A stretch of 29,940 nucleotides of DNA from positions 1-29,940 of the IMG/VR virus record IMGVR_UViG_3300046738_000034. One strand, 5' to 3'. The translations under genes were made by a program, and so were the position numbers. Source of the stretch: a virus (Duplodnaviria; Caudoviricetes). Positions within the stretch are counted from its first letter, which is position 1, and each line of letters begins with the position of its first letter. Positions 24,262 through 29,940 of the stretch are shown here, piece after piece. The notes under the pieces were generated by a model. It saw only the letters and a list, made by a program, of their open reading frames with translations, made no database searches and was not told where the DNA came from.

Positions 24262-24713
24262 GCCGCCCGGAGACGCCGCCGCTCGTCGTCGGCTATGACC
24301 TGCTGATGTACTCGGGCACCCCCGGGCGCCGCGACGGTAAGAGCTGGTCGCCGGTCAAGGTCGTCACGGTGGGCCGCAAGTACGTCCACGTGATCGGCGC
24401 CGAGGACTTCGACCGCTACCAGGCCGAGCCGGACAAGTGGCGGTGGCGCGTGCGCAAGTTCCTGATGCAGGACATGCGCGAGGGCGAGCGTGGTTCGCGG
24501 GTCGGCTATACGGCGGCGCTGGCCACCGAGGAGCAGCAGGGATACGACGCCCTGCTCGACCGGTCGCTCTCGCTGCTGCGCGACCGCGCGGGCATCGACT
24601 TCCGGTACGGCACGCCCTTCGACTACCGGCACCACCCCGAGCGGGTCGTCGAGCTGGCTGACGCCGTGGCGGCGCTGCTGGACGGCTACCCGCTCGGGGT
24701 GGCCGATGAGTGA
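24258..24713 (+). CDS. Hypothetical protein
   Basis: ATGA-coupled; VKVVTVGRKYVHV beta motif. Confidence 0.7.
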   Translation: MSRPETPPLVVGYDLLMYSGTPGRRDGKSWSPVKVVTVGRKYVHVIGAEDFDRYQAEPDKWRWRVRKFLMQDMREGERGSRVGYTAALATEEQQGYDALLDRSLSLLRDRAGIDFRYGTPFDYRHHPERVVELADAVAALLDGYPLGVADE

Positions 24714-24987
24714 CCCGTTCCGCATCTTCGAGCAGGGCCGCAGCAAGCAGGAAACGCTCAAGATGTTGTGGCCCGAGTTGTACGAGTGCCTCGCCAAGCT
24801 GGACGTGCCGCAGGCCGACCGGGTGATCCGCTGCCCGGTCGGCACCTGCGGATCCGGCAGGACCCCCGGCGTGGGCGGGCGCGCTGTCGGCCGCCTGACC
24901 AGAAACGGCACGCCGGCATGCCGGGCGCACCTCGATAAGCTCGCCGATCGCCCTGGTGGCTGGCCGATGAAAACGGAGTACCCCTGA
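24706..24987 (+). CDS. Small Cys/His protein
   Basis: ATG at 24706; CPVGTC...CRAH. Confidence 0.6.
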   Translation: MSDPFRIFEQGRSKQETLKMLWPELYECLAKLDVPQADRVIRCPVGTCGSGRTPGVGGRAVGRLTRNGTPACRAHLDKLADRPGGWPMKTEYP

Positions 24988-25349
24988 TGACGGCAGCATG
25001 GCGCATCAACAAGCTCGGCGACCGCTTCGAGCTGGTCGACAGCGACGAGGTGCTCTTCACGGTCACCCGCGAGGCCTACGCCGACAGCCCGCTCGGCGTG
25101 GCGGGCGTCCTCGGCGTGCGCAACCTGCCCTCGATCCCGCAGGAGCTGATCGACCCCCCTGCGCGCGAGTGGCAGCATCCAAGGATCTCGCCGGCTGACG
25201 TGATCCGGATCCTGACCGAGCACAACATCGAGCCGTGCGAGCCCGAGCGGTCGGCGTGGCGTCGGTGGGGCTGGATCGTCGCCCTGCTCGCGTTGAACGC
25301 CGCCTACGGCCTCGCGCTGCTGTTGAACGCCGCGGGAGTGCTCAAGTGA
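24987..25349 (+). CDS. Hypothetical protein with C-terminal TM helix
   Basis: TGATG-coupled; WGWIVALLALNAAYGLALLL. Confidence 0.7.
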   Translation: MTAAWRINKLGDRFELVDSDEVLFTVTREAYADSPLGVAGVLGVRNLPSIPQELIDPPAREWQHPRISPADVIRILTEHNIEPCEPERSAWRRWGWIVALLALNAAYGLALLLNAAGVLK

Positions 25350-26968
25350 TCAGGCCCTACGTCTATCAGCAGGAAGTGATCGACGGCGCAGTCAAGCTCT
25401 GGCGGGGCGGGCTGCGCCGCATCGCCGCCGTGCTCGCGACCGGGGCCGGCAAAACGGTGGTGTTCTCGTTCATCGCCCGCATGTGCCTCGCGGTGGGCCT
25501 GCCCGTGTTGGTGGTGGCTCACCGCACCGAGCTGATCGACCAGGCCCTCGACAAGCTGCGGCAGGTCAACCCTGACGCCCGGCTCGGCCGCATGCAGGGC
25601 ACCACGAAGGAATTCAACGCCGAGATCGTCGTCGCCAGCGTGCAGACCGCCAGCACTCCGGGCTCGCTGGCGCTGCTCAAGACGCGGCGATGGGGCCTGA
25701 TCATCGTGGACGAGACGCACCACATCGCGGCGGCCACGTACCTGCGCCTGCTGCGCGACCTCGGCGCCTACGATGCCGATGGGCCGCTCGTGCTCGGCGT
25801 GACGGCCACCCTCGACCGGTCGGACGGCCTCGCCCTCGGCGAGGTGTTCGAGGGCGTCGTCGATCCCACGGTCGGCCTCGTCGACCTCATCCGGCACCCT
25901 GACGGCCCGTTCCTCGTGCGGCCCCGGGGGATCCGGGTGCGCATCGACGACCTCAACCTCGATCAGGTGCGCCGCGTGGCGGGCGACTTCCGCGCGGGCG
26001 AACTCGGCAAGGCCATGTCGGACGCCATGGCGCCGCAGCGGATCGTCGAGGCGTGGCAGGAGCACGCCAAGAGCCGCCCGACGATCGCCTTCCTGCCCAC
26101 GGTCGCCCTGAGCATCGAGCAGGCCGCCGCGTTCAACGCCGCCGGTTACGTGGCCGTGCACCTCGACGGGGAGACGCCGGCTGGCGACAAGATCAACCCT
26201 GCACCAGGCACCCGCCGGCATGCCCTCGCCGAATTCACTGCCGGCCGAATCGACGTCCTGTGCAACGTCAACCTCTTCACAGAGGGCACCGACCTGCCGT
26301 GCGTGTCCTGCGTCATCCTGGGCGCGCCGACGTCGAGCGGCTCGCGCTATCAGCAGCAGGTCGGCCGTGGGCTGCGCCTGCACCCGGGTAAGCGCGACTG
26401 CGTCATTCTCGACGTCACGGGCGTGACCAAGCGCCACAAGCTCGCCACCATGGTCAACCTCAACGGCGCCGACCGGCCCGAGGACGTGCCCGACGACCTG
26501 CTGATGTACGAGGACGAGGGCGACGAGGCCTTCGACGACACCGAGCCGGAAGACGAGGGCAAGGTCGAGACCGTCTACGCAGACGGCGAGCTTGAGCACG
26601 AGATGATCGACCTGTTCGGCCAGAGTCACTCGGCTTGGCTTCGCACGCCCGGCGGGCGCTGGTTCCTGCCGTGCGGGCAGGCCGGTTTCCTCTTCCTGAC
26701 GCCCGCCGCGGGCGGCGATGCGGGCCGCTTCGACCTGCGGTACACCTCGACCGAGCGCGGCCACGAGGGCGCCATCCGGGAAGACATGGAGATCGGTTAC
26801 GCGATGGCAGCCGGCGACGAGTTCGTGGCCGCCCGCCCCATGTGGCAGGCCGAGCGCACCGCGCCGTGGCGGTCGATGCCGCACCAGTCAGGGCGGACCA
26901 AGGGCGAGGTGCACGACCGCAAGATGATCGCCGAGGCGACGCGGCTCTTCGACCCGCGCCCCCTGTAG
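25346..26968 (+). CDS. Superfamily 2 DExH helicase (RadD/Irc3-like)
   Basis: IRPYVYQ Q-motif, ATGAGKT, DETHH, VTAT, FTEGTD, QQVGRGLR; GTGA-coupled start. Confidence 0.93.
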   Translation: MIRPYVYQQEVIDGAVKLWRGGLRRIAAVLATGAGKTVVFSFIARMCLAVGLPVLVVAHRTELIDQALDKLRQVNPDARLGRMQGTTKEFNAEIVVASVQTASTPGSLALLKTRRWGLIIVDETHHIAAATYLRLLRDLGAYDADGPLVLGVTATLDRSDGLALGEVFEGVVDPTVGLVDLIRHPDGPFLVRPRGIRVRIDDLNLDQVRRVAGDFRAGELGKAMSDAMAPQRIVEAWQEHAKSRPTIAFLPTVALSIEQAAAFNAAGYVAVHLDGETPAGDKINPAPGTRRHALAEFTAGRIDVLCNVNLFTEGTDLPCVSCVILGAPTSSGSRYQQQVGRGLRLHPGKRDCVILDVTGVTKRHKLATMVNLNGADRPEDVPDDLLMYEDEGDEAFDDTEPEDEGKVETVYADGELEHEMIDLFGQSHSAWLRTPGGRWFLPCGQAGFLFLTPAAGGDAGRFDLRYTSTERGHEGAIREDMEIGYAMAAGDEFVAARPMWQAERTAPWRSMPHQSGRTKGEVHDRKMIAEATRLFDPRPL

Positions 26969-26995
26969 ACAGACCTAGCAGGTACATGCTAGAGT
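26966..26995 (+). promoter_or_regulatory. Promoter with CCTAGCAGG box
   Basis: TAGACA-N18-TAGAGT; ACCTAGCAGGTACATGCTAG. Confidence 0.75.
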
Positions 26996-27024
26996 TTTGT
27001 CATCGCCAAGCAACGGGAGAGAAA

Positions 27025-27315
27025 ATGGCCGATCTGACCGCCGTTCACGAGGACGCGCTCGCCGAGCACGCCGCCCGCACCAACGGCACCCCGCTCGACG
27101 CGGGCCGGACCATCGACGTCGAGTACGTCGAGGACTCGCACGAGGACGAGCAGCTCGTCGACACCCGCCTGATCATGACCGCCGAGCAGGCGGGCCTGCT
27201 GGCCGAGGTCGTCCGGCACTACCGCGATAACCAGCTCAGCAGCACCGACGCCGACCGCGCGGTCTTCGTCAACACGCTGCTGATCGCGCTCGATGACGCA
27301 GCGGATCAGCGCTGA
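27025..27315 (+). CDS. Hypothetical acidic protein
   Basis: ATG behind GGGAGAG; MADLTAVHEDALAEH... Confidence 0.75.
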   Translation: MADLTAVHEDALAEHAARTNGTPLDAGRTIDVEYVEDSHEDEQLVDTRLIMTAEQAGLLAEVVRHYRDNQLSSTDADRAVFVNTLLIALDDAADQR

Positions 27316-27452
27316 TGCTGCGTAACCTGCTGGCGGGCTACCGGCGGCGTGGGGCGCATCGCGCCGTGCGCCCCGGGGCCCGCCCCGCGCGTCTGGCCCA
27401 CGACCCTTGGAGCGGCCACCCGCTCTTTTACGAGCTTGAGCCGGTCCTGTGA
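27315..27452 (+). CDS. 45-aa micro-ORF
   Basis: TGATG-coupled at both ends; MLRNLLAGYRRRGAHR...YELEPVL. Confidence 0.5.
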   Translation: MLRNLLAGYRRRGAHRAVRPGARPARLAHDPWSGHPLFYELEPVL

Positions 27453-27553
27453 TGGCCCGCCACCTCTGGACCGGCCCCCGCCACGTCCGGGCCGACCGTG
27501 CGGGGCTGTTCCTCGGCCTGTTCTTCGCGCGCTTCCTGCTGGTGCTGCCGTGA
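27452..27553 (+). CDS. 33-aa micro-ORF with hydrophobic C-terminus
   Basis: MARHLWTGPRHVRADRAGLFLGLFFARFLLVLP; coupled at both ends. Confidence 0.5.
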   Translation: MARHLWTGPRHVRADRAGLFLGLFFARFLLVLP

Positions 27554-27756
27554 GGCCGCGCATGCGCCCCTGCGGCGCCTGTCATGCCCTGGTCGACCCC
27601 ATCGAGGGCTGCGCGCACTGGAAGCCGTTCAAGCCGCCCCGCACCGCCACGAGGCGCAAGCAGGCGACCGCCGAGCGCGCCGCGCGTGAGCGTGCCGTGG
27701 CGTCGATCGCGGCACTCGGGAGGGGCTATGGCGCGCAAGCCGTGCAAAACGGGTAA
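27550..27756 (+). CDS. Small basic Zn-finger-like protein
   Basis: GTGA-coupled; CGACH...GCAHW. Confidence 0.55.
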   Translation: MRPRMRPCGACHALVDPIEGCAHWKPFKPPRTATRRKQATAERAARERAVASIAALGRGYGAQAVQNG

Positions 27757-27907
27757 GCAGCGCTTCCCTGACCGCGTGGCGGCCGACACGTCGATGGCCG
27801 AGATCAGGCAGCGCAGCACGAAGGACGTCGTGCCGACCCGCTCGTATCAGTGCCCGTTCTGCCGGGGGTGGCACCTGACGAGCAAGCCCGGGAGGCCGCG
27901 CCGATGA
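27728..27907 (+). CDS. Small Zn-ribbon protein (YxCxxCxxWHLTS family)
   Basis: C.TGK.RF...YQCPFCRGWHLTS pattern common in actinophages. Confidence 0.75.
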   Translation: MARKPCKTGKQRFPDRVAADTSMAEIRQRSTKDVVPTRSYQCPFCRGWHLTSKPGRPRR

Positions 27908-28563
27908 GGTGTGCGACCTGCGGCTATTTCCGCGAGCTGCACGACGAGGACACGCTCAAATGCCCGCTCTGCACGTGCAGCATGGTGGCCCATGAGCACC
28001 TCGTCGTGGCCGTTCCTGCGGCGCCGCTGCGGTCGTGGGAGGGCAAGCAGGTGCTCGTCTGCCCCGGGAAGCCGCTTACGGCGGCCGGCAAACTGCCGAC
28101 GCTGCGCCGTGGCAGCTTCAAGGCCCCGAGCGCGGTCGCCGTGCAGTACGAGTACCGCCCCGGGTGGGGCTCGATCCTGTTCCCGATCATCGAGCAGGAG
28201 GTCGAGGAGGACGAGCCGCAGGTCGCCCTGCCGCCGCAGGTGCCCGCGCGACCGCCGCAGGGTCCGGGCGAGCTTGCCAGCTACCAGGGCAAGCAGGCGG
28301 TCGGCCTCGGTCGCCGCGGGGTGGCCGCCGGCTGGCAGGTTGAGGCTTTCTACGCACGAGCCGGCGATGGGCACGAAATCTGCGGCCTGCGGCTCAAGTA
28401 CGGCGTCTATCGCGCGGTCGCCACGTGGACGCGCAAGGCGGGCAATATCGGCAAGCTGTCCGGGTGGGCTACCGACGTGGCCTACGCATGGCAGCTCGAC
28501 GTCAAGCGCGGGCCCATCAAGCTCACGCACACCGATCTGGAAGGAATCTTCAATGTCCAGTGA
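27904..28563 (+). CDS. Hypothetical protein with N-terminal Cys/His clusters
   Basis: ATGA-coupled; CATC...H...CPLCTC...H. Confidence 0.7.
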   Translation: MRCATCGYFRELHDEDTLKCPLCTCSMVAHEHLVVAVPAAPLRSWEGKQVLVCPGKPLTAAGKLPTLRRGSFKAPSAVAVQYEYRPGWGSILFPIIEQEVEEDEPQVALPPQVPARPPQGPGELASYQGKQAVGLGRRGVAAGWQVEAFYARAGDGHEICGLRLKYGVYRAVATWTRKAGNIGKLSGWATDVAYAWQLDVKRGPIKLTHTDLEGIFNVQ

Positions 28564-28942
28564 CATCGACCAGGACCCCAACGAGCAGGCGAGCATGGAG
28601 TCGAAGGGCGAGGAGCAAGAGGAGCACTTCGGGCGGTCCACGGTCAGCCTGACGCAGCACGTGCTCGGGCTGCACCCGTACGTGCTGATCGAGGCCAAGT
28701 ACGAGGCCCCGGAGAGCGATGACGACGACGGCCTTCGCCTGGCGACGCAGTGCGGCGGCGGCGGCGTCGAGAGCATCGGCCTCTTGCCGCTGCTGCTCGT
28801 GACCACGCTGCCGGCCGAGGAAAACCCCCTCACGGCGGCCGTCCGGCAGTACGTCGAAAGTGTCGGCCCGGCGCGTGCGATGCGCCTCGACGAGGCCCTC
28901 GCCGGCTTCGCCAAATTCGTCGGCTTCCCGATGCCGTCATGA
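28553..28942 (+). CDS. Hypothetical acidic protein
   Basis: ATG behind GGAAGGA; MSSDIDQDPNEQ... Confidence 0.7.
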   Translation: MSSDIDQDPNEQASMESKGEEQEEHFGRSTVSLTQHVLGLHPYVLIEAKYEAPESDDDDGLRLATQCGGGGVESIGLLPLLLVTTLPAEENPLTAAVRQYVESVGPARAMRLDEALAGFAKFVGFPMPS

Positions 28943-29472
28943 GCGACCGCGAGCAGGAGCTGCTCGTGCAGCGGGAGCTGCCGACGTCGGTCACGGCGAT
29001 GCGCTACGCGGTCGAACTGGCGGCCAACACCCTAGGCACCGCGCTCGATCTCGACCGCGCCCGCACGTGGGTCGTGATCGCTTCCGAGCTTCGAGCCGGC
29101 GAGATCGCTTCGCTGAGCGTCAAGGGCGTCGAGCTGAGCTTCGATCCGGCCGATAACTTCGGCGAGACCTACGGCGGCGAGCCTGCCTATGCGGGCGAAA
29201 CTGCGAGTACCCGTTTTTACGCCAAGCCGCAGATGGACGAGACGGTTACCTTCCGCCCGGGCGGACCGGATGAGACGCAGATAATCCATCCGATCGCCTA
29301 TATACCCGAGTGCGCGCATTGCGGTTACGAGATCGTGCTGCACACACCAGGGCCTGACGATGTGCTCGATACGGCATGGGTGCATCGCACCACATTGCAG
29401 AAGGTGTGCCCCGATAGCAGCATCGATAAGCCGCACACGTTTGCTACCCCTAGGGTCGATAGCAGGGGATAG
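28939..29472 (+). CDS. Hypothetical protein with C-terminal CxxC...H...C motif
   Basis: ATGA-coupled; CAHCG...WVH......CP. Confidence 0.7.
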   Translation: MSDREQELLVQRELPTSVTAMRYAVELAANTLGTALDLDRARTWVVIASELRAGEIASLSVKGVELSFDPADNFGETYGGEPAYAGETASTRFYAKPQMDETVTFRPGGPDETQIIHPIAYIPECAHCGYEIVLHTPGPDDVLDTAWVHRTTLQKVCPDSSIDKPHTFATPRVDSRG

Positions 29473-29572
29473 GGTACGAGGGCAACACCCTGCATGCCCC
29501 TGCACGCAACGGCTCTATCTACCCCCACGTAGGTAGGGCTGTTGTGCTGCGTGGGTAGATACCCTGGTGAGC

Positions 29573-29875
29573 ATGAGCAATACCCCTTGGCGCACGTCAC
29601 CCCTACCCCCCAACTGGCAAGGCCCCCGGGGTACGCGTGCGCGCATCCTTAAGAGGGATCCAGTGTGCAGGTTGCGCACCAACTGTTGGGGTGCACCAAG
29701 TACTGAGGTTGATCATGGTGATGGTGGGGCTGATGATCACAGTGATGAGAACCTGCGAGGTGTGTGCACTGCATGCCATGCTCGACGCACAGGGCAGCAG
29801 GGCAACGCTGCAATGATCGCCGCCCGGCCAACGCGTAAAAGAGTGACAGACGGTAGTCACCCTGGGATTCGTTGA
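29573..29875 (+). CDS. HNH endonuclease (terminase-associated type)
   Basis: RILKRD..C....C....TEVDH......H...NLRGVC..CH..RT; terminal position; alternative GTG start at 29567. Confidence 0.9.
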   Translation: MSNTPWRTSPLPPNWQGPRGTRARILKRDPVCRLRTNCWGAPSTEVDHGDGGADDHSDENLRGVCTACHARRTGQQGNAAMIAARPTRKRVTDGSHPGIR

Positions 29876-29901
29876 TGAGTCAGGTAACTGTGCGTGACGT
29901 T

Positions 29902-29937
29902 GGGGGTGGGGGGCACCCCCCTCCCCCGGGGGGCCCT
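29902..29937. other. G/C-run tract typical of the cos/packaging region
   Basis: GGGGGTGGGGGGCACCCCCCTCCCCCGGGGGGCCC just after the HNH gene. Confidence 0.5.
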
Positions 29938-29940
29938 GCA

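Noticed and set aside
23688-26884. Long antisense ORFs (e.g. 23688-25223, 25304-26884; also 819-2273, 16124-17758)
   Set aside because: Shadow frames of high-GC3 genes on the opposite strand; no recognisable motifs

Overview
The window is the right-hand ~30 kb of a high-GC actinobacteriophage (siphovirus; host probably a filamentous actinomycete, inferred from gene families and promoter style). It starts inside the major tail protein gene. Then come tail chaperones with a -1 frameshift, tape measure, tail tip and the lysis cassette (M15-type endolysin, membrane proteins, r1t-like holin). A leftward arm (8069-15629) carries a repeat-expanded C5 DNA methyltransferase, RusA-like resolvase, SSB-like protein, a structured non-coding segment ending in an atypical tRNA, and a PD-(D/E)XK exonuclease. 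A divergent promoter leads to a small RHH-like regulator, a Prim-Pol/SF3 helicase and an iteron-type origin. The rightward accessory arm has an OB-fold membrane protein, permuted NlpC/P60 enzyme, secreted I36-type protein, SF2 helicase and micro-ORFs, and ends with an HNH gene and a cos-like GC tract. Most notable: (1) a promoter-driven ~345-nt transcript of six consecutive helices fused to a tRNA-like domain with mismatched identity elements; (2) about 11 copies of a CCTAGCAGG box, mostly in the spacer of sigmaA-like promoters; (3) six LLP[TS]P modules in the methyltransferase variable region. No integrase or HTH immunity repressor was recognised. All calls come from reading the sequence by eye; no database searches or folding programs were run.
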